A stretch of DNA of 64,000 bases from an uncultured Pseudomonadota bacterium (GCA_902781465.1 CACZJK010000001.1:221242-285241); one strand, 5' to 3'; positions 36,961-46,683 are shown, numbered from the stretch's first letter. The notes: generated by a model not told the origin, from the letters alone. Translations and numbers: made by a program.

Positions 36961-37674
36961 ATGAAAAAAATATTTTATGTTTTTATATTATGCTTTTTTT
37001 CAGTGTCTGTAAAAGCCGACACAACTATATGCGATGCTGATATAAATGAATTTATAGCGATATATAAACCGTATAAATATACATGTGCACAGGGGGAATA
37101 TTTGCCTGCGAATACATTAGGGTGTGTTGTATGTCCAACAGGTTTCAATTGTCCTGGTGGAACATATGATTTTAATCCAGTTTATTTTCAGGGAATAATG
37201 TTTGATAATATAACAACAAGCATGATAAATAATATATGTGCAATCAATTTCCCAGATGAAATTATTGCAATATATAGACCAAACATACATACTTGTATGC
37301 CAGGCTATTTTTTGCCAGCAAATGTAGATGGTTGTACAATATGTCCCCAAAATAATAAATGCGTTGGTGGAACATATACTTTTAACGAAACAACATCACA
37401 AGGCATCGAGGCATGTTCTGGCAATACGCCGTATGCACCAACTGGTTCTGCGATTTGCTATGAACATATTTTGCATATTGGGGATGATATGGTTTATCTT
37501 AAAAGCACAAAACTTACCTCGCCGTCATTAAATGTTGGATGGGACGGTAATGTGTATTACGCAAATATGACGACTGTTCCAACCCCGATGAACAGTGCAA
37601 CCGAGCATGTTCTGAAAATAGAATACGACGGAACTATTTATTATGTTTGTGATGATACGACGTACAGAGAATAA
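36961..37674 (+). CDS. Secreted Cys-rich tandem-repeat protein P2 (cassette copy 1), hypothetical
   Basis: Signal peptide. Two tandem repeats of about 65 aa with the pattern IC..[5]..IAIYKP...TC..G.YLPAN..GC..CP....C.GGTY.FN. Conserved C-terminal domain (HILHIGDD.VYLKS.KLT.PSLN...YYVCDDTT). Paralog of 48961-49668 (minus). Confidence 0.6.
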   Translation: MKKIFYVFILCFFSVSVKADTTICDADINEFIAIYKPYKYTCAQGEYLPANTLGCVVCPTGFNCPGGTYDFNPVYFQGIMFDNITTSMINNICAINFPDEIIAIYRPNIHTCMPGYFLPANVDGCTICPQNNKCVGGTYTFNETTSQGIEACSGNTPYAPTGSAICYEHILHIGDDMVYLKSTKLTSPSLNVGWDGNVYYANMTTVPTPMNSATEHVLKIEYDGTIYYVCDDTTYRE

Positions 37675-37676
37675 AA

Positions 37677-37703
37677 AACCACCCGATTGGGTGGTGGTTT
37701 TTA
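37677..37703. terminator. Bidirectional terminator (aaccacccgattgggtggtggtttttat)
   Basis: Hairpin with flanking A-run and T-run between convergent P2 and dksA-like genes. Confidence 0.7.
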
Positions 37704-38132
37704 TCTTTTCTTTTGTTCGTATTCTTCTTGTTCTTCAACGGTCATTGTTGCCAATGGACGGGCCAACATTCTTTGCAGGCCAATTTCATCGCCAGAAATT
37801 ACGCTGTATCCAAATTTGCCGTTTTCAATGCGTTCCAATGCCGCGTTGATTTTTTGCAACAAATTTGTATTACGTTCGGACATACGCAAATTCATTGTGA
37901 TTTCTTGTTCGGCTGTTGCCTGGTCCTGTTCGTCACCAACGCCCGCAGTTTCATTTTTTTCGGCCATACGAACATCGTTCAAGACCGTTTCGCGGTCGTT
38001 CATAATTTGTTCGCGTTGTGCGTTTAATAATTGATAAAAATACGCCAATTGTTCATCGCACATATATGGTTCTGATTTCTTTGGTGTGTATTTTGGATCA
38101 AGCACAATGTCTTTAAAATTCTTTCTTGCCAT
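37701..38132 (-). CDS. dksA: DksA-family RNA polymerase-binding transcription factor lacking the C4 zinc finger
   Basis: The YMCDEQLAYFYQLL and coiled-coil region align with DksA. The conserved Cys of the zinc finger are replaced (FGYSVISGDEIGLQRMLARPLATMTVEE). Confidence 0.7.
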   Translation of the reverse strand: MARKNFKDIVLDPKYTPKKSEPYMCDEQLAYFYQLLNAQREQIMNDRETVLNDVRMAEKNETAGVGDEQDQATAEQEITMNLRMSERNTNLLQKINAALERIENGKFGYSVISGDEIGLQRMLARPLATMTVEEQEEYEQKKR

Positions 38133-38138
38133 TTTTGT

Positions 38139-38456
38139 TTAACCTTTTAATTCTTCTATCCATTGGATAAGTGTTTCTTCGTCCATCAATCCTGTGCGGG
38201 CTTCCTTTAATTCACCGTTCACAAATGCCAATACGCTTGGGATACTGCGTATACCAAATTTTGCAGGTGTACGTCGGTTGACTTCATCTATTTCAAACTT
38301 TACAAAATTTACGTCTGTTTTAACATCGGATACGCTTTCGAATATTGGTCCGAACATTTGGCAAGGACCACACCAAGAAGCCCAAAAATCTACCAAAGTT
38401 AAACCGTTTTGAATCATCGAATCAAATGTTTCATCATTAGCATGTTTCAGTGCCAT
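38139..38456 (-). CDS. trxA: Thioredoxin
   Basis: 105 aa with the WCGPC active site. Confidence 0.9.
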   Translation of the reverse strand: MALKHANDETFDSMIQNGLTLVDFWASWCGPCQMFGPIFESVSDVKTDVNFVKFEIDEVNRRTPAKFGIRSIPSVLAFVNGELKEARTGLMDEETLIQWIEELKG

Positions 38457-38511
38457 CTTTTTCTCCTTATGTTATTGATATTTCGATTTAGTTTATTATA
38501 ATCATAACAAA

Positions 38512-39627
38512 ATGCAAGGGAAAAACGATATGAACAAATTCGTGTATATGGACGCCGGGGCCAGTTGGCTGAAACCTCTATCGGTGATTGAATCAGAGGC
38601 TGATTTTCTGCGTAATTCATATGCTAATGCGGGGCGTGGTATTTGTGCGCGTGCGGGGCGTGTTGATTCTTTGATTGATGAGGTGCGTGGTGCGGTTGCC
38701 AATTTCATAAATGCGGACAAGGAAAGTGTTATTTGGACATCTGGAACTACAGATGCGTTTAACAGAATCGTCAATATTTTGAAAAATACTTTTGATGGAA
38801 AAAATCTGACGGTTGCGGTTTCTGATTTGGATCATCACAGTGCGCGTTTGCCTTTTGAAATGTGGGTCAAGACTGTTGTTATGCCTTTGGATGATAATTT
38901 CAATATTGATGTAAACAGTATTCCATTTGCAGATGTTTATGTTATAACAGCAATGTCTAATGTTATGGGAATTGCGCAAGATGTCGTTCAAATTATCAAA
39001 ACAATTCGTGCCAAAAATTCAAAAGCCATTACTGTTGTCGATGCGGCGCAATTTGTTGCACATAATAAAATAGATGTTAAAAAATTCGATTGTGATTTCT
39101 TGTGCTTTTCAGGACATAAGATAGGTGCCGATACCGGTATTGGTGTAATGTATATTAAAAATCCTGATGATTGGGCGGTCGATAAATTTGGCGGCGGTAT
39201 GGTCAATCGAATCATAGATTCTGATAATATAATATTAAACAAAGCACCAGAAAAATTTGAAGCAGGCACATTACCAATTACTCAAATCATTGGTTTAAAA
39301 ACTGCAATTGAATATGTATCAAATTGGAACGGTTCGCACGATATAATAAATTATATGTATGATGAATTATCAAAAATTGAACATATAAAAATATTTACAT
39401 CGCCTGATTCGTGTATGATAAGTTTTTACCTTGATAATATGCATGTGATTGATTTTGGTGCAATGTTGGGTGCGCATGATATTTGTGTTCGTGTTGGTAA
39501 TATGTGCGCCAGTTGGATACATAAAAAATTAAATATCGACGGCAGTGTTCGTATCTCGGTTGGACCTTGGAATACGATGGATGATGCGAAGTATGTTATT
39601 GATGTAATAAAAAATTTGGTGAAGTAA
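38512..39627 (+). CDS. sufS: Cysteine desulfurase (aminotransferase class V, SufS-like)
   Basis: PLP-lysine motif FSGHKIGADTGIGVMY. Class-V fold. Followed by sufT-like and sufE-like genes. Confidence 0.75.
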   Translation: MQGKNDMNKFVYMDAGASWLKPLSVIESEADFLRNSYANAGRGICARAGRVDSLIDEVRGAVANFINADKESVIWTSGTTDAFNRIVNILKNTFDGKNLTVAVSDLDHHSARLPFEMWVKTVVMPLDDNFNIDVNSIPFADVYVITAMSNVMGIAQDVVQIIKTIRAKNSKAITVVDAAQFVAHNKIDVKKFDCDFLCFSGHKIGADTGIGVMYIKNPDDWAVDKFGGGMVNRIIDSDNIILNKAPEKFEAGTLPITQIIGLKTAIEYVSNWNGSHDIINYMYDELSKIEHIKIFTSPDSCMISFYLDNMHVIDFGAMLGAHDICVRVGNMCASWIHKKLNIDGSVRISVGPWNTMDDAKYVIDVIKNLVK

Positions 39628-39942
39628 ATGTCTGATTTGCGTGAAGATATTATAAATGAAATAAAGAAAGTTTATGATCCTGAAATCCCTGTCAATATTT
39701 GGGATTTGGGATTGATTTACGATATCGCAATAAATGATGACAGCGTTGTTATTGAAATGACTTTTACATCGCCAACGTGCCCAATGATGGAAGATATTTT
39801 AAGCCAGGTTAAATCTAATGTTGAAAGCGTAGTTAATGGCAAGACTGTTGATGTGAAATTGGTTTGGGATCCGGCCTGGGATTTATCAAGGATGAGTGAT
39901 GCTGCGCGTCTTGAACTCGATTTAACAGAGCAGGGGTGGTAA
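39628..39942 (+). CDS. Fe-S cluster assembly protein, DUF59/MIP18 (SufT-like)
   Basis: 104 aa. Conserved VYDPEIPVNIWDLGLIYDI and the TxTSPxCP motif. Confidence 0.75.
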   Translation: MSDLREDIINEIKKVYDPEIPVNIWDLGLIYDIAINDDSVVIEMTFTSPTCPMMEDILSQVKSNVESVVNGKTVDVKLVWDPAWDLSRMSDAARLELDLTEQGW

Positions 39943-40307
39943 TAATGAAATATACTGATATAAAAAATGCTTTGTCTTTGATTGATAATCCTGTTGAAAA
40001 ACTGGAAATGGTTATGGATTTGGGAAAGTCTTTACAACTTGTTCCAGAAGATGCAAAATGTAACGAGATTTTTGGCTGCTCTTCCTTTGTTCAGATTTGT
40101 GAAAAAGACGGTCGTTTTTATGGGCGTGCTGATTCGATGATGGTGCGTGGCATAGTTGCGATAATATTGGCCTTGGTCGATGGTAAAAGTGTGTCTGATA
40201 TAAAGCAAATGGATTTGGCGGGCGAATTTAGTTCGCTGAATTTGAATTTTGGCGCAGGGCGATTAAACGGTATTCAATCTATGATTAGTTTTTTTAAGAA
40301 TTTGTGA
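39936..40307 (+). CDS. sufE: SufE-like sulfur acceptor protein
   Basis: 123 aa. Conserved Cys loop FGCSSFVQ. Overlaps the upstream gene by 7 nt. Confidence 0.7.
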   Translation: MVIMKYTDIKNALSLIDNPVEKLEMVMDLGKSLQLVPEDAKCNEIFGCSSFVQICEKDGRFYGRADSMMVRGIVAIILALVDGKSVSDIKQMDLAGEFSSLNLNFGAGRLNGIQSMISFFKNL

Positions 40308-40315
40308 TACAATAT
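40303..40315 (+). promoter_or_regulatory. Extended -10 promoter variant TTTGTGATACAAT
   Basis: One mismatch from the recurring motif. Lies upstream of ftsL-like/ftsI with an AAGGAAGGA RBS in between. Confidence 0.4.
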
Positions 40316-40340
40316 ACAAAAGCGAAGGAAGGATTTATTT

Positions 40341-40631
40341 ATGCGCGATGATGAAAAAATGTTCAATATCGGAACCATTATGTTGATGGCTGTGGTGTTT
40401 TTGATTGTTTTCTTGCAAGTGTGTTATCGCGTTCAAAATTCTAATATTGAATCTGTGCGTCGTGGTATTGCTGAAACACAGCACGAATACAGTATCGCAG
40501 ATACAAAATTTTCTGCGTTAAAATCTGCGGATTCTTTGCGCGGTTCGGTGGTTGGTGTGAATCCAAAGGCTGAAACGGTATCGTTCAGCAAGACTGTTCA
40601 TATTGATACTATTCCAATGGTGGGTGAATAA
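40341..40631 (+). CDS. Cell division protein FtsL-like (single-TM)
   Basis: 96 aa bitopic protein immediately upstream of ftsI and overlapping it, matching the ftsL position. Sequence similarity itself is weak. Confidence 0.45.
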   Translation: MRDDEKMFNIGTIMLMAVVFLIVFLQVCYRVQNSNIESVRRGIAETQHEYSIADTKFSALKSADSLRGSVVGVNPKAETVSFSKTVHIDTIPMVGE

Positions 40632-42295
40632 TGCGTTTCGTTATTGGCAAAGATATTTTACCACATGAATATAAGGGCGCTGTATATAATCACGAAAGTG
40701 CATCCCGTTTGCGCTGGGTAAAAAGTGCCTTTTCTATATTGTTTGTCGTTTTTATTGCGCGGACACTGCAATTGGGACTGCAAAGTAATGATTACAGAAA
40801 ATACAATATGATTGATAATCAAATTGAAAGTCGTGCAGATATTATTGACAGAAACGGTGTTGTGTTGGCTAAAAGTGTGAAATCTGGAAATATTAAATTA
40901 TTCCCGCCACGTGTCAAAGAAAAAGACATAAATGATGTTGCAAATGTTATTCATGAAATTGCACCTGCGGATTATAGTGTAGAGGATGCATTAGCGCTGA
41001 TTCGCTCTAATCGTCGCGGTTTATACATAAAAAAGAACGCAAATGAAGAACAAATAAAGTTAATAAAAAATGCCCATAAAAAATATGATTGTTTCGAAAT
41101 AGAACAATTTACTGCGCGTCGTTATCCCCAGCGAAATGTTTTTGCCCATGTTGTTGGGTTTGCTGGCAAAGATGAAGGCTTGGAAGGCGTTGAAATGACA
41201 TACGATAAATATTTGCGTGAAAACAAGGATCCGCTGCGTTTATCTATTGATTCGCGTGTTCAAAATATCTTCCATGAACAATTGACAATTGCGATGAATA
41301 AATATAACGCCAAAGGTGCAATGGGTATGTTGATGAATTCATCTACTGGCGAAATGATAGCGATGGTTCAAATGCCAGACTTTGATCCAAATAATATAAA
41401 TTCTATACCGGTAAGTACGCGCCGTTTCAAATTGATGCGTGATAATTTTGAAATGGGGTCTATTTTCAAAATATTTAATACTGCGCTGGCATACGAAAAC
41501 GGTTTACAAAATAAATCTTATAAGATAGACGAACCTTTGATGATATATGATAAATATGGTCGTCCTGCGATGCGTAAACCGATTGATGATGTGTCTTCTT
41601 TCAAAAGAGATGTTATAAAAAAAGGTGGACACAAAACATTAAAAGCCCCGGAGATAATGTTGCATTCTTGTAATGTAGGCAGTGCACGTATTGCACTGGA
41701 TTTACCAGAAGGTGCACAAAAAGAATTCTTTGAAAGACTGAATTTTAACAAGCCTTTACAATTGGAATTCGGAAAAACAGAACGCGCGATTACTTATAAA
41801 ACATGGGGGCCTACGGAACGTGCAACGGCTGCGTTTGGTCATGGTATTGCGGTGACACCTATGCATTTATTATTGGGTGTGAACGCGATGACAAATGGTG
41901 GTATATATATTTATCCTACGATATTAAAAAGGGATATTGGTGCAGTTCGTGGTGAAAGAGTCTTGAATCCTGAAATATCGGCCCAGTTGCGTAATATAAT
42001 GTTCCATATTGCAGAAGAAACCACGGCAAAAAAGGCACGCGTTAAAGGTATTGAAGTTGGGGGAAAAACTGGAACCGCTGAAAAGCGTGGCGCTGACAGA
42101 CGTGTTGATAAAAGTAGAAATGTGACAGTGTTTACAGGAATCTTTCCTGTGTCTGCACCGCAGTATGTAATTTTAATTATGTTGGATGAACCACAGGGAA
42201 CAAAAGAATCTGGGGGTTGGAAAACAGCGGCTTGGAATGCGGTGCCAACGGCGGGTGCGATACTGGACGGAATCATGCCATTGCTATTTGAATAA
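40631..42295 (+). CDS. ftsI: Peptidoglycan D,D-transpeptidase FtsI (PBP3)
   Basis: N-terminal TM, dimerisation domain, and a transpeptidase domain with SxxK (GSIFK), SxN (SCN) and KTG(T) (GGKTGTAEK) motifs. Confidence 0.85.
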   Translation: MRFVIGKDILPHEYKGAVYNHESASRLRWVKSAFSILFVVFIARTLQLGLQSNDYRKYNMIDNQIESRADIIDRNGVVLAKSVKSGNIKLFPPRVKEKDINDVANVIHEIAPADYSVEDALALIRSNRRGLYIKKNANEEQIKLIKNAHKKYDCFEIEQFTARRYPQRNVFAHVVGFAGKDEGLEGVEMTYDKYLRENKDPLRLSIDSRVQNIFHEQLTIAMNKYNAKGAMGMLMNSSTGEMIAMVQMPDFDPNNINSIPVSTRRFKLMRDNFEMGSIFKIFNTALAYENGLQNKSYKIDEPLMIYDKYGRPAMRKPIDDVSSFKRDVIKKGGHKTLKAPEIMLHSCNVGSARIALDLPEGAQKEFFERLNFNKPLQLEFGKTERAITYKTWGPTERATAAFGHGIAVTPMHLLLGVNAMTNGGIYIYPTILKRDIGAVRGERVLNPEISAQLRNIMFHIAEETTAKKARVKGIEVGGKTGTAEKRGADRRVDKSRNVTVFTGIFPVSAPQYVILIMLDEPQGTKESGGWKTAAWNAVPTAGAILDGIMPLLFE

Positions 42296-42337
42296 TTTTG
42301 TATTATAATAATACCGACAATAAAAAAAGAGTATAGA

Positions 42338-44092
42338 GTGCGAAAGATAGTAGAAAGGTCCATGCTTGGAAAAGCCTGGACTGTGTCGGATGATTATAAT
42401 CTGAATTCAGATTTATACGATACAAAAAATTTAGTCAAAGATATTTTGGCATCACGTGGCATTATCGGTGATGATAATATTGAACGTTTTATTCATCCTT
42501 CGATCAAAGAATATATGCCAGATCCGTCTGTGTTAAAAGATATGGATGTTGCAACGCGTGTTATCGCTGATTCTATATGTAATGGTGAAAAAATAGCAAT
42601 ATATGGCGATTATGATGTTGATGGCATAACTTCTACTGCAATTTTTGTTAAATATTTACGCGCCATTGGTGTTGATGTTTCGTGGCATTTGCCGACACGC
42701 GAAGGCGAAGGATACGGATTAAATGTTGCGGCCGTTGAACAAATTGCGCAAAGCGGTGTTTCTTTGATGATTACCGTTGATTGTGGTATAAGCGGTAATG
42801 CAGAGGTTGATAAAGCCAAAGAATTAGGTTTAAAAGTTGTTATAACAGACCATCATTCGCCTGATGCTGAATTGCCAAAGGCGGACGCTGTTATTAATCC
42901 AAAGCGAACAGATGATACATCGAATCTTTCGTTTCTGGCGGGGGTAGGGGTTGCTTTTTTAACCTTGGTTTCGTTAAATCGTGAATTGAAAAACAGAAAC
43001 TTTTTTGATGAATCAAAACCACAAATCAATTTATTAAATTATATGGATTTGGTTGCGCTGGGGACTATATGCGATACGATGCCTTTGATTGATTTGAATC
43101 GTGCATTTGTTGCAACTGGATTAAAGGTCATGGGGTTGCAACAGAATCTGGGGTTGCGGACTTTGATGGATTTGGCAGGTATAAAAACACCGTCTGTTTA
43201 TGCGGCTGGTTTTGCATTGGGACCACGCCTTAATGCGGCAGGACGCCTTGATTCTGCGTCGCCTGCGCTGGAATTATTGTTGACTGATAATCCGTTGATT
43301 GCGAACGATTTGGCAAATAAATTGCATCATATGAACCAAGAAAGAATTGATATTCAAAATGCAATTATGATAGATGCGGCCGATATAGCAGATAGATGTT
43401 GCCGTGATGGTAAATGCAGTTTGTATGTTTGTGGCGATAATTGGCATGGTGGTGTAATGGGTATTATCGCAGGCCGATTAAAAGATAAATATAATTTACC
43501 AACATGTGTTGCGACACGTGCGGACGGCATTATAAATGGTTCTGGGCGTTCGATACCTGAAATAGATTTGGGAAAAATAATTCATGAAGCGTTGGCACTT
43601 GGGATTTTATCCGAAGGCGGTGGACATGCCGCAGCGGCAGGTTTTACTTTGAATATTGAACGCGAAAAAGATTTTTGTGAATTTCTTGAAAAGTCTGTCA
43701 ATGAACAATTGGGTGGTGTTAAACCAAAACCTGAAATATTGGTGGACGCCCAAATTGATGCAGGCAGTGCCGATATGAAATTGGTGGAAAAATTGTCGGA
43801 TCTTGCACCTTTTGGTCAATGTAATCCTGAACCAACCTTGGTATTAAAGGGCGCAATGTTGAAATTTGCGACTGTTATGGGAAATGGGGCGCATTTGCGT
43901 GGTGCTGTTCGTTGCAGTAATGGCAGCCAATTATCATTTGTAGGCTTTAATTTAGTCGGAACGCCTGTTGGTGATTTTTTACTGGACGATGCAAATACAA
44001 ATACTACAATAATGATGTTGGGTAAACTAAAAGAAAACGAATATAATGGCCGCGTAAGCGTACAATTTACATTGGAAGATATTGCAATATGA
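42338..44092 (+). CDS. recJ: Single-stranded-DNA-specific exonuclease RecJ
   Basis: DHH (DHH at ITDHHSP) and DHHA1 (GGGHAAAAG) motifs. OB-fold C-terminus. 584 aa. Confidence 0.9.
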   Translation: MRKIVERSMLGKAWTVSDDYNLNSDLYDTKNLVKDILASRGIIGDDNIERFIHPSIKEYMPDPSVLKDMDVATRVIADSICNGEKIAIYGDYDVDGITSTAIFVKYLRAIGVDVSWHLPTREGEGYGLNVAAVEQIAQSGVSLMITVDCGISGNAEVDKAKELGLKVVITDHHSPDAELPKADAVINPKRTDDTSNLSFLAGVGVAFLTLVSLNRELKNRNFFDESKPQINLLNYMDLVALGTICDTMPLIDLNRAFVATGLKVMGLQQNLGLRTLMDLAGIKTPSVYAAGFALGPRLNAAGRLDSASPALELLLTDNPLIANDLANKLHHMNQERIDIQNAIMIDAADIADRCCRDGKCSLYVCGDNWHGGVMGIIAGRLKDKYNLPTCVATRADGIINGSGRSIPEIDLGKIIHEALALGILSEGGGHAAAAGFTLNIEREKDFCEFLEKSVNEQLGGVKPKPEILVDAQIDAGSADMKLVEKLSDLAPFGQCNPEPTLVLKGAMLKFATVMGNGAHLRGAVRCSNGSQLSFVGFNLVGTPVGDFLLDDANTNTTIMMLGKLKENEYNGRVSVQFTLEDIAI

Positions 44093-45039
44093 TTGAAAAA
44101 ATACAGGTTTTTATAGAAAAAGTAAGAAATGCAAAATCAATTGCTATTTCGGGACATAAAAATCTTGATGGGGATGCATTGTGTTCCGCTTTGGCTTTAA
44201 TGAAGATTATCGAATTGAATTTCGGCAAAAAGGCAACAGTTATATTTGATGGAAATGTTCCACGTGATTTAGACAAGGTGCCTTTGCGTGACCAGGCTGT
44301 ATTTCACAGAAATTTACCAGAAAATGCGAAGTATGATTTGTATATTTTGGTTGATTATGGAACAAGAAAACATCTGGGCGAAATTGAAAAGTATGTAAAT
44401 GCTGCGGATTTTGTGATTGAATTTGACCATCACTTTAATGATGATTTGGTTGGTGATTTGTGTTTTGATAATGAAGAAAAGGCGGCAACTTCTCAAATAA
44501 TTTACGATATGATAAGGGTTGTTGGTTTTAATATAGATCAAGATATTGTTGATTTAATAATGCTGGCTATCATTACAGATACTGGTAATTTCAAGTTTGT
44601 TCGCAACAGTGATGTATTCAAAGATGCTGCAAAATTGGTAGATTCAGGGGCAGATATAACACACCTTATAAATATATTGAATAATAAAGAAAAAAAGACG
44701 GTGTTGGTGGAATCAAAGGCTGTATCTGAGGCAGAATTCTTTATGAAAGGGCGCCTTGCCATTGCTACAATACATAACGAAGATTATAAAAAACTAGATG
44801 GACGTGGTGAAATAATTTTGTCTTTATTGGGACAAATACATGGCGTTCAATATGTTGTATTATTAAAAGAACACAAAGAAAATTTAATTGGAATTTCGTT
44901 TCGTTCGCGCAAAACCCCAATCAATCAGATTGCCGAATCTTTTGGTGGTGGTGGGCATTTGTGTGCGGCTGGTGCGGTTGTTGAAGATACACTTCAAAGT
45001 GTGCACGATCGTGTTATAAACGCTTTCAAGGGAATGTAG
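44089..45039 (+). CDS. DHH/DHHA1 phosphoesterase NrnA-like (oligoribonuclease/pAp phosphatase)
   Basis: DHH motif (EFDHHFND) and DHHA1 GGGGH motif. 316 aa. Overlaps recJ by 4 nt. Confidence 0.7.
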   Translation: MIEKIQVFIEKVRNAKSIAISGHKNLDGDALCSALALMKIIELNFGKKATVIFDGNVPRDLDKVPLRDQAVFHRNLPENAKYDLYILVDYGTRKHLGEIEKYVNAADFVIEFDHHFNDDLVGDLCFDNEEKAATSQIIYDMIRVVGFNIDQDIVDLIMLAIITDTGNFKFVRNSDVFKDAAKLVDSGADITHLINILNNKEKKTVLVESKAVSEAEFFMKGRLAIATIHNEDYKKLDGRGEIILSLLGQIHGVQYVVLLKEHKENLIGISFRSRKTPINQIAESFGGGGHLCAAGAVVEDTLQSVHDRVINAFKGM

Positions 45040-45041
45040 AA

Positions 45042-45656
45042 ATGAAAAAAATAATAACTGTTTTGTTTTTTTTCTTTGTTTGCTGTGTTGCGAATGCGGC
45101 GGTTGATAAAAATTTAGTATTAAATGCAGAAAAATATTTGAATTCTGTGACCGGATTAAATGGCGGATTTACACAGGTGGCAAATGGAAAAACACAAACT
45201 GGTATTTTTTCGATGTTGCGTCCAGGACGCGTTCGTCTTGATTATAAAAACGCACCAATTCAATTGATTTCAGATGGTAAAGATTTGTATTTTTATGATA
45301 AATCTTTGGATCAAATAACAACGGTTCCTTTGACCAGTACGCCGGCTGGTATTTTGGTTCGTAAAAAGATAGATTTACAAAATGCAGATATCAATGTATA
45401 TGAAACAAGTTCTGATAAAAATACTTTTACTTTGAAAATGAATTTGAAAGGTCAAGAAGGTTTGGGACATATGGATGTTGTGTTTGATAAAAGTCCTGTG
45501 AAATTGAAATCTTGGTCTGTGGTTGATGCAACTTCTGCCAAGACAGATGTTGTATTTAATGATTTAAAGCCAAAGACAGATTTCGGTAAAAATTATTTTC
45601 AATTATCGCGTCATAAAACTGTATCAACAAATGATGGCGATGATTTCTATGATTAA
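45042..45656 (+). CDS. lolA: LolA-like outer-membrane lipoprotein carrier protein
   Basis: Signal peptide. Unclosed beta-barrel pattern of about 200 aa (GFTQ...GIFS...PGRVRLDY). Confidence 0.6.
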   Translation: MKKIITVLFFFFVCCVANAAVDKNLVLNAEKYLNSVTGLNGGFTQVANGKTQTGIFSMLRPGRVRLDYKNAPIQLISDGKDLYFYDKSLDQITTVPLTSTPAGILVRKKIDLQNADINVYETSSDKNTFTLKMNLKGQEGLGHMDVVFDKSPVKLKSWSVVDATSAKTDVVFNDLKPKTDFGKNYFQLSRHKTVSTNDGDDFYD

Positions 45657-45664
45657 GGTATAAT

Positions 45665-45940
45665 ATGTTTGGCATAAGTTGGACTGAGTTTTTAATAATA
45701 TTATTAGTAGCAGTTTGTGTTGTGCCGGCAAAATATTGGCCTGATGTTATGAAATTTTTGGCGCGTGTTTTCAAATATATTCGAAATATAATTTGGAAAA
45801 TAACTGATTTTTCAGAAGATTTACAACAAAGAATAGAATTAGAAAAACCAATTGATGATTTATTGGAAAATGCAACAAAAGATATCTTTGAAAAACCAAA
45901 GAAAAATAAAACAACTAAAAAACAGACACGTAAAAAATGA
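45665..45940 (+). CDS. tatB: Sec-independent translocase TatB
   Basis: N-terminal TM (MFGISWTEFLIILLVAVCVV), an amphipathic helix and a charged tail. Directly upstream of and overlapping tatC. Confidence 0.7.
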   Translation: MFGISWTEFLIILLVAVCVVPAKYWPDVMKFLARVFKYIRNIIWKITDFSEDLQQRIELEKPIDDLLENATKDIFEKPKKNKTTKKQTRKK

Positions 45941-46638
45941 AAATGACATTGATGCAACATTTTTCTGAATTGCGGCGCAGAATATTATGGACTGCGTTGG
46001 TGTTTGTTTTTTCTTTTGCTTTGGGCTGGATTCTTTCTGACAGGGTTGAATTATTTTTAAGTGCGCCATTATTGTCTGTTTGGGATAAAGCAATGCTGCT
46101 TTATACTGAAATAAGTGACGGTTTAATGATACAGTTTTCTTTGGCTACTTTAATCGCGTTGATTATAACTGTGCCGGTTGCTTTGTGGAATATATGGGCA
46201 TATATTGCGCCAGGACTGCATAAAAATGAAAAGCAGTTTTTAATTCCTATCTTTTTGTTTTCACCATTGTTATTTATAATGGGTGCAGCATTTGCTTTTT
46301 ATGTTTTGTTTCCATTTGTTTTCAAGTTCTTTATTGAAATAAATGAATCTGTATCTGTGCCAACAGTATTGTTGCCATCGATAAAGGGATATCTTGCGTT
46401 TTCGATTGGATTATTAAAAGTGTTTGGATTGGCTTTTCAATTGCCATTGATTTTGGTTGGTTTAAACAGGGCAGGTGTACTGGCCAAAGCGACAGCGGTC
46501 AAAAGTCGCAGATATGTAATAATCGGCGTTTTTGTGTTGGCGGCCATGTTGACACCGCCGGATATCTTGTCCCAGGTTTTATTGGCATTGCCTATGTTAT
46601 TATTGTTTGAAATCAGTTTGCTTTTTATGCGCGATTGA
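45937..46638 (+). CDS. tatC: Sec-independent translocase TatC
   Basis: 6-TM protein with TatC signature segments (HFSELRRR, ...PGL...E). Confidence 0.9.
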   Translation: MKMTLMQHFSELRRRILWTALVFVFSFALGWILSDRVELFLSAPLLSVWDKAMLLYTEISDGLMIQFSLATLIALIITVPVALWNIWAYIAPGLHKNEKQFLIPIFLFSPLLFIMGAAFAFYVLFPFVFKFFIEINESVSVPTVLLPSIKGYLAFSIGLLKVFGLAFQLPLILVGLNRAGVLAKATAVKSRRYVIIGVFVLAAMLTPPDILSQVLLALPMLLLFEISLLFMRD

Positions 46639-46654
46639 TATTTTATTTTATACT

Positions 46655-46670
46655 GATTTTGTGATATAAT
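46655..46670 (+). promoter_or_regulatory. Extended -10 promoter motif GATTTTGTGATATAAT (near-leaderless)
   Basis: Motif copy 13 nt upstream of ATG 46684 with no SD. Confidence 0.45.
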
Positions 46671-46683
46671 TCAAAACGTGATA

